Of a stretch of DNA of 32,000 nt, positions 6,861-15,651 are shown piece by piece. Location of the stretch: contig NC_007517.1 of assembly GCF_000012925.1 (NCBI RefSeq), positions 3,120,001 through 3,152,000 of the forward strand. The letters run 5' to 3'. The notes beneath the pieces were generated by a model that saw only the letters and a program-made list of their open reading frames with translations, was not told the DNA's origin and did not search any database. A program made the position numbers and the translations under genes. This stretch comes from Geobacter metallireducens GS-15. GTDB taxonomy: Bacteria; Desulfobacterota; Desulfuromonadia; Geobacterales; Geobacteraceae. How positions within the stretch are numbered: position 1 is the stretch's first letter; the number at the start of each line of letters is the position of its first letter.

Positions 6861-9368
6861 TTACCTTGCAGCAAGTACCGGCACAGGCTGGAGCCCCCAG
6901 ATACCGTCGTTGTACTCCCGGATGGTCCGGTCGGTGGAGAACTTGCCACTGGAGGCGCTGTTGATGATGCTCATACGGGCCCACTGCTCCCGGTCCCGGT
7001 AGGCGGCGGCGACCCTCTGCTGGGCGTTGACGTAGCTGCGGAAGTCGGCGGCGACCATCCAGGGATCATGGGGACTGGTGATTGCACCGATGATCGGATC
7101 GAAGATCCCCGGCTCGAACAGGTTGAAGTGGCCAAACGCCAGCAGGTTCATTACCCGCCCGAGATCAGCGTCGGCTTCAATGATGGCACCGGGGTCGTAC
7201 CCCCTGCGCGCCGCCTCCACCTCCTCGGCGGTGAGACCGAACATGAAGAAATTTGCGTCCCCCACCTCTTCCCGGATTTCGATATTGGCTCCATCGAGGG
7301 TGCCGATGGTCAGGGCGCCGTTCATCATGAACTTCATGTTGCCGGTGCCCGATGCCTCCTTGCCGGCGGTGGAAATCTGCTCCGACAAGTCGGTGCCGGG
7401 ACAGACGACCTCCATGGCCGTTACCCGGTAGTTGGGGAGGAACGCCACTTTGAGCCGGTCCCCCACCTGGGGGTCGGCGTTCACCACCTGGGCCACGTTG
7501 CTGGTGAGCTTGATGATGAGCTTAGCCATGAAGTAGCCGGGGGCCGCCTTGCCGCCGATGAGGACGCACCGGTTGGTCCACCCCTCGGTGTCGCCGCGCT
7601 TGATCCGGTCATAGAGATGGATGACGTGGAGGATGTTGAGGAGCTGGCGCTTGTACTCGTGGATCCGCTTCACCTGCACGTCGAAGAGGGCCTCCGGGTC
7701 GAAGGCGACACAGCACTTGTCCAGAACCATGGCCGCCAGCCGCTCCTTGTTGGCCCGCTTCACCTCCCGCCACTTCTCCCGGAAGCCGGGATCGTCGGCG
7801 AAAGCGGCGATCTTCCCGATCCGGGAGAGGTCTGAAACCCAGCCGTCGCCGATGGTCTCGGTTATGAGCCGGCTCAGGCCCGGATTGCACCAGGCGAGCC
7901 AGCGGCGTGGCGTGACCCCGTTGGTCTTGTTGTTGAATTTGTGGGGCCAGAGCTCATGGAAGTCCCGGAAGAGCCCCTGGGCAAGGAGCTGGGAGTGGAG
8001 GGCGGCGACCCCGTTAACGGAAAAGCTGCCGACAATGGCCAGGTAGGCCATCCGGACCTGGGGCACCGGCCCCTCCTCGATGAGGGACATGCGCCGGAGC
8101 CGCTCATGGTCGCCGGGCCAGCGGCTGGCGACCTCGGCCAGGAAGCGGGCGTTGATCTCCAGGATGATTTCCAGAAGGCGCGGCAGAAGCTGGGCGAACA
8201 GGGAGAGGGGCCACTTCTCCAGAGCCTCGGGAAGGAGGGTGTGGTTTGTGTAGGCCATGGTGCGGGTGGTGATCCCCCACGCCTCGTCCCACCCCATCCC
8301 CTGCTCGTCCATGAGGAGGCGCATCAACTCCGGCACGGCGCAGCTGGGGTGGGTGTCGTTCAGCTGGAAACAGTTCTTCTCGGCAAAACCGCTGAAATCC
8401 CCCTTGCTGATCACGACCCAGCGTTCAATGACATCCTGGAGGCTGGCCGACGCCAGGAAATACTGCTGGCGCAGCCGCAGCGCCTTGCCGCTCTCGCTGG
8501 CGTCGTTGGGGTAGAGCACCATGGTGATGTTCTCCGCCTCGTTCTTGGCGGCGACCGACTCGGTGTAGCTGCCGGCATTGAATTCAACCAGGTTGAAGGC
8601 GTCGGTGGCGACCGACTTCCAGAGCCGCAGGGTATTGACCGTGCCGTTGCTGTACCCCGGCACCGGCGTATCGTAGGGAATGGCCAGCACGTCATGGGTA
8701 TCCACCCACCGGACGCGGAAACCGCCGTCACCGGTCCCGTAGCGCTCGGTGCGCCCCCCGTAGCAGACCCGCTGGGTGTACTCCTGGCGCTCGATCTCCC
8801 AGGGGTTGCCGTTGCGCAGCCAGTGGTCCGGCTCCTCCACCTGGTGGCCGTTCACGATCCGCTGCCGGAACATCCCGTACTCGTACCGGATGCCGTACCC
8901 CATGACCGGCAGCTGCAGGGTGGCGCAGCTGTCGAGGAAGCAGGCCGCCAGGCGCCCCAGGCCGCCGTTGCCGAGGCCGGCGTCGACTTCCGCCTCAGCC
9001 AGGTCTTCCATGGCGATGCCCAGGTCCATGAGGGCCTTTGCCGCGGTATCGGTAACGCCGAGGTTCAGCATGGCATTGCCGAGGGCGCGTCCCATGAGGA
9101 ACTCCAGCGACAGGTAGTAGCCCCGCTTGCAGTCGGCATCCAGGTAGGCGTAGCGGGTGTTCTTCCAGTCCTCCATGAGGCGGTCCCGGACCGCGAGGGC
9201 CAGGGCCTTGTAGTGGTAGTGGACCGACCGGCAGAACTTGTCGCGCCCCAGGTTGTAGGTATAGTAGTGGCGAAAATCCTCCATCAGGCTCGGCACGTCC
9301 CGCGGCAGGGGGGGAAGGTCGGTAAGCCCTGGGATATGTACTGTCTTGCCTCTCTTCTTCTGAATCAT
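6861..9368 (-). CDS. glgP: glycogen/alpha-glucan phosphorylase
   Basis: 835 aa with full-length similarity to GT35 phosphorylases. PLP-lysine region EASGTGNMKFMMNGALTIGTLDGANIEI. AGGAG lies upstream of the ATG at 9368. Confidence 0.95.
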   Translation of the reverse strand: MIQKKRGKTVHIPGLTDLPPLPRDVPSLMEDFRHYYTYNLGRDKFCRSVHYHYKALALAVRDRLMEDWKNTRYAYLDADCKRGYYLSLEFLMGRALGNAMLNLGVTDTAAKALMDLGIAMEDLAEAEVDAGLGNGGLGRLAACFLDSCATLQLPVMGYGIRYEYGMFRQRIVNGHQVEEPDHWLRNGNPWEIERQEYTQRVCYGGRTERYGTGDGGFRVRWVDTHDVLAIPYDTPVPGYSNGTVNTLRLWKSVATDAFNLVEFNAGSYTESVAAKNEAENITMVLYPNDASESGKALRLRQQYFLASASLQDVIERWVVISKGDFSGFAEKNCFQLNDTHPSCAVPELMRLLMDEQGMGWDEAWGITTRTMAYTNHTLLPEALEKWPLSLFAQLLPRLLEIILEINARFLAEVASRWPGDHERLRRMSLIEEGPVPQVRMAYLAIVGSFSVNGVAALHSQLLAQGLFRDFHELWPHKFNNKTNGVTPRRWLAWCNPGLSRLITETIGDGWVSDLSRIGKIAAFADDPGFREKWREVKRANKERLAAMVLDKCCVAFDPEALFDVQVKRIHEYKRQLLNILHVIHLYDRIKRGDTEGWTNRCVLIGGKAAPGYFMAKLIIKLTSNVAQVVNADPQVGDRLKVAFLPNYRVTAMEVVCPGTDLSEQISTAGKEASGTGNMKFMMNGALTIGTLDGANIEIREEVGDANFFMFGLTAEEVEAARRGYDPGAIIEADADLGRVMNLLAFGHFNLFEPGIFDPIIGAITSPHDPWMVAADFRSYVNAQQRVAAAYRDREQWARMSIINSASSGKFSTDRTIREYNDGIWGLQPVPVLAAR

Positions 9369-9400
9369 CGAATAATGCTCCTGTCGGTGTTTATTTCCCT

Positions 9401-10639
9401 CTACTCGGCCGGCGATACCACAACGATGCCGGATTCGGTCACGGTATAGCCTCTGCGGCGGTCTTCCCCGTGGTCATATCCTATAGTGGTCCCGTCGGGA
9501 ATGGTGATGTTCTTGTCTATGATCGCCCTTCTTATCTTCACGTTCCTGCCGACGTTGACGTTCTCGAAGAGGATCGAGTCCTCCACGAGGCTGTAACTGT
9601 TGACCTTGGTGAGCGGGCCAACGATGGACCGGCGCACGACGCTCCCGCTGGTTATGCAGCCGGCGCAGACGTAGGAGTCGATGTTCATGCCACGGCGGCC
9701 ATCCTCGTCGAACACCGTCTTTGCCGGCGGGTAATTCCCCTGGTTGGTCAGGATGGGCCACTTGTAGTTATAGAGATTCAGTTGCGGGGAGACATGGATC
9801 AGCTCCATGTTGGCCTCGTAGTAGGAATCGATGGTCCCCACATCCTTCCAGTACCCCCTTTCCTCGGGCTTCATGCCGGGGATCAGGTTGTCGTTGAAGT
9901 TATAGGCAAAGACCCGGTCCTTTTTTGCAAGCATCATGGGGATCACGTGCTTGCCGAAATCGAGATCGGCATGGAGCTTCTTCCCCTCCTGCAGAACCTC
10001 GATGAGCCTTCTTGTTGAAAAGATGTAGTTGCCCATGGAGGCAAAGCAGGTTTCCCGCCCGGGGATGGTGACCGGATTGGCCGGCTTCTCCTCGAATGCC
10101 GTCACCCGGTTATCGTCGTCCACGCAAAAGACCCCGAACCTCCTCGCCTCCTCCACGGGCACCTCAAGGGCGGCAATGGTGATATCGGCCCGGTTCCTCC
10201 GATGGTACCCGATCATCTGGCTGACATCCATCCGGTAGATGTGGTCACCGCCGAAAATGGCCACATAGTCCGCATCCGACGATTCGATGAACCGCAGGTA
10301 GTGGTTGATGGCGTCGGCGGTCCCCTTGAACCACTCCTCGCTCTCGCTGCTCGTCTCCGGCGATATGGCCACGAAGAACTCGCCGAGACCGGCCCATTTC
10401 CCCCATGATTCCCGGATGTGCTTCATGAGGGAGTACGCCCGGTACTGGGTCAGGATGTAGACCTTCTTGATCCCCGAGTTGAACATGTTGCTCAGAACGA
10501 AATCGATGATCTTGTACTTCCCGCCAAAGGCCACGCCCGGCTTCGGCCGCCTCAGGGTAAGGGGGGCAAGCCGCTCTCCCTTTCCTCCCGCCAGAACCAT
10601 CGCTATCGTGTTCCCCGCAAGATTGCCCGTTACATACAT
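9401..10639 (-). CDS. glgC: glucose-1-phosphate adenylyltransferase
   Basis: Track ORF trimmed to ATG at 10639 (MYVTGNLAGNTIAMVLAGGKGERLAPLT), which is preceded by GGAGGAAGGAGG. It has the typical GlgC N-terminal nucleotide-binding motif LAGGxGxRL and a C-terminal left-handed beta-helix region. Confidence 0.92.
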   Translation of the reverse strand: MYVTGNLAGNTIAMVLAGGKGERLAPLTLRRPKPGVAFGGKYKIIDFVLSNMFNSGIKKVYILTQYRAYSLMKHIRESWGKWAGLGEFFVAISPETSSESEEWFKGTADAINHYLRFIESSDADYVAIFGGDHIYRMDVSQMIGYHRRNRADITIAALEVPVEEARRFGVFCVDDDNRVTAFEEKPANPVTIPGRETCFASMGNYIFSTRRLIEVLQEGKKLHADLDFGKHVIPMMLAKKDRVFAYNFNDNLIPGMKPEERGYWKDVGTIDSYYEANMELIHVSPQLNLYNYKWPILTNQGNYPPAKTVFDEDGRRGMNIDSYVCAGCITSGSVVRRSIVGPLTKVNSYSLVEDSILFENVNVGRNVKIRRAIIDKNITIPDGTTIGYDHGEDRRRGYTVTESGIVVVSPAE

Positions 10640-10724
10640 AATGGTACCCTCCTTCCTCCAATTAAAATACACATGAACTGCTCGCCATAATACGGTCAAT
10701 CGCCGGGTTTGCCGGAGGAGCCCA

Positions 10725-13415
10725 TCAGGGACCCGCTCCGAGCGCGTCCTCTACAATCCGCCCCTGCTCCTCCCCGTGGAGCCGGTGGGACCCCACCGCC
10801 GGGACGTCGTTTTCCGGCCGCCCCACGTAACGGGGCTCCGTGCCGAGAAGCTCCGCCAGGTGCGGCCGGATGAAGCTCCATGCCCCCATATTCCGGGGCT
10901 CCTCCTGGACCCAGGCCACATCAGCCACGCCCCGGTACGGCTCCAGCGCCCCCCCCAGGAAATCGGACCGCAGGGGGTAGAGCTGCTCCACCCGCACGAT
11001 GGCCACGTCCTCCCGCTTCTCCTGCTCCAGCCGTTCCAGAAGGTCGTAGAAGATCTTCCCCGTACAGAGAATGAGCCGGCTGGCCTTATCCGGCCCTGCG
11101 CCGGTAGCTATCACCTCCCGGAACCCTCCCTCCGCCAGCTCCTCCAGCCGCGAGACGCAGCGCGGGTGGCGCAGGAGGCTCTTGGGGGTAAAAACCACGA
11201 GGGGCTTGCGGAAGGGATGCTTCATCTGCCGCCGCAGGAGATGGAAGAGCTGCCCCGGGGTGGAGGGATAGGCCACCTGCATGTTGTTGTCGCCGCAAAG
11301 TTGCAGATACCGCTCGATGCGGGCGCTGGAATGCTCGGCCCCCTGTCCCTCGAAGCCGTGGGGGAGGAGGAGGACGAGGCCGCTCACCCGCTGCCACTTG
11401 GACTCGCCGCCGGCCATGAACTGGTCGATGATGACCTGCCCGCCGTTGGCGAAGTCGCCGAACTGGGCCTCCCAGATGACGAGCGACTCGGGAGCCTCCA
11501 CCGAGTAACCGTACTCGAACCCGAGGACCGCGAACTCGGAGAGCATGCTGTCCCAGCCATGGAAGGCGGCCCCTTCCGCCGCCACACCGGCAAGGGGGAC
11601 GTGGTGCGCGTCCGTTGCCATATCGTAGAGGAAGGAGTGGCGGTGACCGAAGGTTCCCCGCCGGGAATCCTCGCCGGAGAGGCGGATGGAGACCCCGTCG
11701 GCCAGGAGCGTGGCATAGGCGAGGGTCTCGGCGTTCCCCCAGTCGATCCCCTCTCCCCCCTCCACCGCCTCCCGACGTCTGTTCAGGAGCGCCGCCACCT
11801 TCGGGTGGGGGGTGAAGCCGTCAGGGATCGCGGCGAGCCGGCCAGCCAGGTTCCGCAGGATGTCCGGGGAAACGCCGGTTTCCACTGACACGGGGGCATA
11901 GTCACGCCGGTACCGCTCCCACTTCCCCTCGAACCCCCCGTGAACGGGAGCCGGCGGAGCGGCAAGGGCCGCGTCGAGGCGCCGTCCCATGGCTGTTGCC
12001 CGGGCGTCGATCTCCTCCCGGCCGATCCCCTCCTCGGCCAGCCGGGCGGCATAGAGCTCGTGAACCGGTGGGCGGTCCTTGATGAGGCTGTACATGGCGG
12101 GCTGGGTGAAGTAGGGCTCGTCTCCCTCGTTGTGGCCGTGGCGGCGGTAACAGATGATCTCCACCACCACGTCGCCGCCGAAGGCCTGCCGGTAGTCCAG
12201 GGCAAGCCTGACCACGTGGACCGCCGCCTCCGGGTCCTCGCCGTGGACGTGGAAGACCGGCGCCGCCACCATCTTGGCCACGTCGGTGGCGTAGAGGGAC
12301 GAACGGGCATCGGCGGGAAGGGTGGTGAAGCCGATCTGGTTGTTGATGACGATGTGAAGGGTGCCGCCGGTCCGGTACCCCTCCAACTGGGAGAGGTTGA
12401 GGGTCTCGGCAACTACCCCCTGGCCGGCGAAGGAGGCGTCGCCGTGGATCAGGACGGGGAGCACCCGTTTGTCGCTCCCCGCCCCGGCGGAGTCCTGGCG
12501 GGCCCGGCATTTCCCTTCCACCACCGGGTCCACGGCCTCCAGGTGCGAGGGGTTGAAGGCCATGGCGAGGTGGATGGAGCGCCCCGGCGCCACCTCCCGG
12601 TCGTGGGAGAACCCCTTGTGGTACTTCACGTCGCCGTCCCCCACGATGCCCAGCTCCGCGTTGTCGGCAAACTCGGCAAAGATGTTCTCCAAGGGCTTGC
12701 CGAAGATGTTCGCCAGGACGTTCAGCCTCCCCCGGTGGGCCATTCCCAGGATAAGGTCGGTAACGCCATGCTCCGCGGCCCGCTCCACCGCCGCGTCGAG
12801 GAGCGGGATGAGAGTCTCCCCCCCTTCGAGGGAAAAGCGCTTCTGCCCCAGAAACTTGCGGTGGAGGAACTCCTCGAAGAGGGCCGCCTCCTGGAGCGTG
12901 CCGAGGATGCGGAGCTTCTCCTCCCGGGAGAAGGCCGGCCGGTTGCGGACCGGCTCCATCCGCTCCATGAGCCAACTCCGGACGGCGGGGTCCTGGATAT
13001 GCATGAACTCCACCCCCACGGAGCGGCAGTAGGTCTCCCGCAGGGTAGCGAGAATCTCCCGCAGCGTTGCTTCCCTCTTCAGGAAGCGCCGGGGATGGAA
13101 GGTGCGATCGAGATCTACTTCGCCCAGGTCGTAGCGGTCCAGGGCCAGGAGCGGATGCTCCAGTTTGCAGGGGGAGAGGGGATCGGTGCAGGCCAGCAGG
13201 TGCCCCAGGTCCCGGTAGCGGTAGATGAGGGAATCCACCGCCGACTGCTTGGCGGCCAGCTTGGGGGGGAGGGCTTCCGCTCCGGGAATACCCCGCCCCA
13301 GCTCGTACCCGCTGAAGAAGGCATGCCACTGGGTGGAAACGGCGGCGGGATCGTCGCGCCACCGCAGGTAGAGGGATTCTATGAACTCCGGGTCGGCGCC
13401 GGGGAGAATGGTCAT
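10725..13415 (-). CDS. sucA: 2-oxoglutarate dehydrogenase E1 component
   Basis: Track ORF 10725..13919 trimmed to ATG at 13415 (MTILPGADPEFIESLYLRWRDDPAAVSTQWHAFF, a typical SucA N-terminus). The Arg/Ser/Pro-rich extension would overlap the upstream kinase. About 896 aa with ThDP-enzyme regions (LGMAHRGRLNVL, IHGDASFAGQGVV). Confidence 0.93.
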   Translation of the reverse strand: MTILPGADPEFIESLYLRWRDDPAAVSTQWHAFFSGYELGRGIPGAEALPPKLAAKQSAVDSLIYRYRDLGHLLACTDPLSPCKLEHPLLALDRYDLGEVDLDRTFHPRRFLKREATLREILATLRETYCRSVGVEFMHIQDPAVRSWLMERMEPVRNRPAFSREEKLRILGTLQEAALFEEFLHRKFLGQKRFSLEGGETLIPLLDAAVERAAEHGVTDLILGMAHRGRLNVLANIFGKPLENIFAEFADNAELGIVGDGDVKYHKGFSHDREVAPGRSIHLAMAFNPSHLEAVDPVVEGKCRARQDSAGAGSDKRVLPVLIHGDASFAGQGVVAETLNLSQLEGYRTGGTLHIVINNQIGFTTLPADARSSLYATDVAKMVAAPVFHVHGEDPEAAVHVVRLALDYRQAFGGDVVVEIICYRRHGHNEGDEPYFTQPAMYSLIKDRPPVHELYAARLAEEGIGREEIDARATAMGRRLDAALAAPPAPVHGGFEGKWERYRRDYAPVSVETGVSPDILRNLAGRLAAIPDGFTPHPKVAALLNRRREAVEGGEGIDWGNAETLAYATLLADGVSIRLSGEDSRRGTFGHRHSFLYDMATDAHHVPLAGVAAEGAAFHGWDSMLSEFAVLGFEYGYSVEAPESLVIWEAQFGDFANGGQVIIDQFMAGGESKWQRVSGLVLLLPHGFEGQGAEHSSARIERYLQLCGDNNMQVAYPSTPGQLFHLLRRQMKHPFRKPLVVFTPKSLLRHPRCVSRLEELAEGGFREVIATGAGPDKASRLILCTGKIFYDLLERLEQEKREDVAIVRVEQLYPLRSDFLGGALEPYRGVADVAWVQEEPRNMGAWSFIRPHLAELLGTEPRYVGRPENDVPAVGSHRLHGEEQGRIVEDALGAGP

Positions 13416-13503
13416 TGGTGCGTCCTTTCGACGGGATAACGCCGAAAGTATAGCAGAGGGGGGTGGGGTTTCAAATGGAGGGGATTGCCGTGGCGGGCGG
13501 GGA

Positions 13504-14760
13504 TCAGAGCGAGAAGTAGAATGCCGCGCCCTCGCCGGGCGTTCCTTCAGCCCAGAGATTTCCCCCGTGATGGTTGATGATGCGCCGTACCGTGGCGAGG
13601 CCGATGCCGGAGCCCTCGAATTCAGCGGCGCTGTGAAGTCGCTGGAACGGCGCGAAGAGCTTGTCGGCGTAAGCCATGTCGAAGCCGGCGCCGTTGTCCC
13701 GGACAAAGCAGGCTTCACTTCCGTCAACCTCCACCGTCCCGAACTCGATGACGGCAATGTCCCTTTTGGCGGTGAACTTCCAGGCGTTGCCGAGGAGGTT
13801 TTCCAGCACGTTCCGCAGGAGGTGCGGGTCTCCCTCAACCACCACATTGTCCTGAATGCGAAAGGTTGCCTGACGCCCCGCCCCCGAGAGCTTGAGTCTC
13901 TCCGTGATGTCATGGGCAATGGTTCCGAGATTGACCCGTTCCCGCTTGAGCTCGGTCCGGCCGATACGCGACAGCTCCAGGAGGGAATCGACGATCTCCT
14001 TCATCCTCTCGCTGGAACCGTGGATGCGGGACAACATCTCCCGAACATCCGGCCCGAGCCTATCGCCGTGGTCTTCAAGGAGAATGCCGCTGTAACCGCT
14101 GATATGGCGCAACGGCGCGTGGAGATCGTGGGACACCGTGTAGCTGAAGGATTCCAGCTCGGCTATGAGCCCCCCGATCTCCCCTTCGAGCCCCTTTGCC
14201 ACCCTGGTGGGATAGTGGTAGACGGAGACCGCCAGGACCAAGCCGACAACGGCGAAAAAGAGAAAAACGGCAAAGGTGGAAAGGATCAGCCGGTCCGACG
14301 CCGTTTCGATGACAACGGTCCCGATGGTTTGCCGGTTAAATACGATGGGAGCCTCGCTGCTGAGGGCCAAGGGTCTGAAAATCGGTATTCCGTGGGCTTC
14401 AACACGATCGAATATCGTCAGTGCTTTTCCCGATTCATCGAGAATTCTGACATGCATGATGTTTTTCCGGGGGAGGAAATCGTCAAGGACAGCGGCATAC
14501 TTCTGGTTCTGGAACTTCCAGAGGGTGATATCCTCGCGGGCCATTTTCCCGAGCCGCTCCGCTAGCTCACCGGCGTGGCACGTCGCGGTATTCATCTGCA
14601 CTTCGGCTGCGAGAATGGCATAGACCGCCGGGAAACCGATGCCGATGAGGAGCGCGATCGCCAGGGCGAGGGGGTAGAGCCTGTTCGCCATCTGCTTTGC
14701 TATCGCTATCTTTCCCCGCTTGTCTCCCCTCATCCTCACCTCATTCCGGCAGATAGCCAT
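13504..14760 (-). CDS. membrane sensor histidine kinase (two TMs flanking a periplasmic segment of roughly 110-120 aa; HisKA + HATPase_c)
   Basis: TM1 is LYPLALAIALLIGIGFPAVYAIL and TM2 is ILSTFAVFLFFAVVGLVLAVSVY. H-box FSYTVSHDLHAPLRHISGY, N-box LLGNAWKF and G-boxes DNGAGFD / GSGIGLATV are present. The start is uncertain: ATG 14760 overlaps the upstream gene by 20 nt, and ATG 14733 follows AGGTGAGG. Confidence 0.85.
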   Translation of the reverse strand: MAICRNEVRMRGDKRGKIAIAKQMANRLYPLALAIALLIGIGFPAVYAILAAEVQMNTATCHAGELAERLGKMAREDITLWKFQNQKYAAVLDDFLPRKNIMHVRILDESGKALTIFDRVEAHGIPIFRPLALSSEAPIVFNRQTIGTVVIETASDRLILSTFAVFLFFAVVGLVLAVSVYHYPTRVAKGLEGEIGGLIAELESFSYTVSHDLHAPLRHISGYSGILLEDHGDRLGPDVREMLSRIHGSSERMKEIVDSLLELSRIGRTELKRERVNLGTIAHDITERLKLSGAGRQATFRIQDNVVVEGDPHLLRNVLENLLGNAWKFTAKRDIAVIEFGTVEVDGSEACFVRDNGAGFDMAYADKLFAPFQRLHSAAEFEGSGIGLATVRRIINHHGGNLWAEGTPGEGAAFYFSL

Positions 14761-15565
14761 GCGTTTTCAGTATTTTTCTTCCCCTGCCGGAAAAAACGAA
14801 GCGAAGAAACGACGTGCCGGTCCGGGAAAGCGTTCCCGGCCGATGGACAAAGGCAAGGGTCTTGAACAGGGGGTATCGCCCGCTGCGCACATTGTTGTCA
14901 TGGGGTTCGACCCCGTTCAGGCTCAACACCTTCACGGGAAGCTTTTCCGCAACAACGGCCCCCCTATCGGTAATGCCGAGAACGTCCCGCGACCGCGCAA
15001 GGGCCTGATTCATCTCCTGGTCGGTGTAAAAGGTTGCCCAGAATTTTTTGTCGCGGCTCGCATCATAGGCTTCCCCGAACCCCGGGATTTTTCCCCGCAA
15101 CACGGCTATGCCGCTGTCCCGTGGCTCCCTGGTCAGGACCACGATCGTGCGGCCGTTCTTCCACCGGTTCTTCTGACCGCGGTAGATTGCAACGATATCC
15201 GCAGAGCTCAGGTCCCGGTCGGGAACCGAAGGAGATACGGCAAAGACGATTGCCGTCCGTGCAAACGGCTTGAATGCAAGTCGTTTTTCAGCTTCGTCGG
15301 TCCGGAGGGGGCGGGAAACCATGCCGATCTCCACCGCTCCGTCAGCAACGGCCGTGACTCCGCCGGCAGAACCGACGCTGGGGGGAACCCGCACCTCCAT
15401 GTCAGGATGGAAACGCTGGAACTCCTCGGCAAGGATGCGGACAATGGGGATGCACGTGCCGGAACCGGCCACCACAATCGGCGGGTCTTGTGCCCATGAG
15501 GACGTAACGGCCGACATCATCACCGCAACAAAAAATGTCAGCACTATCCGCAACGACCGCTCCAT
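14741..15565 (-). CDS. periplasmic PstS-family (PBP_like_2) substrate-binding protein
   Basis: Signal peptide MERSLRIVLTFFVAVMMSAVTSSWA. Phosphate-binding-protein-like motifs VVAGSGTCIP and GGVTAVADGAVEIGMVSRPL. No cognate pstCAB genes in the window. Confidence 0.78.
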   Translation of the reverse strand: MERSLRIVLTFFVAVMMSAVTSSWAQDPPIVVAGSGTCIPIVRILAEEFQRFHPDMEVRVPPSVGSAGGVTAVADGAVEIGMVSRPLRTDEAEKRLAFKPFARTAIVFAVSPSVPDRDLSSADIVAIYRGQKNRWKNGRTIVVLTREPRDSGIAVLRGKIPGFGEAYDASRDKKFWATFYTDQEMNQALARSRDVLGITDRGAVVAEKLPVKVLSLNGVEPHDNNVRSGRYPLFKTLAFVHRPGTLSRTGTSFLRFVFSGRGRKILKTHGYLPE

Positions 15566-15651
15566 CCATCATCCCCCAGAACAACGCCGACCGCCATGGT
15601 GCGCGGAACAGCGCTGGCGCCAAACTTTTGAAAATAAACACAAATTAAAGT

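Noticed and set aside
7941-9449. 502-aa + strand ORF
   Set aside because: It is antisense to glgP. Similar antisense or off-frame shadows were rejected at 1584-2459, 10776-11888, 11902-13362, 11940-13439, 13381-14565, 16132-17352, 17882-19147, 19047-20240, 20628-21347, 21830-23014, 23305-24366, 28200-30077 and 30973-31713.
10640-10724. Possible terminator or promoter between sucA and glgC
   Set aside because: There is only a 4-bp CCGG/CCGG stem and no convincing -35/-10 pair at proper spacing, so neither can be supported.
15566-15651. AT-rich gap after copA as a terminator and/or promoter of the binding-protein/kinase pair
   Set aside because: There are short GC palindromes (GGCGCC, AGCGCT), but no stem-loop followed by a U-tract and no clear hexamer pair. 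It is plausibly regulatory, but that cannot be shown by eye.
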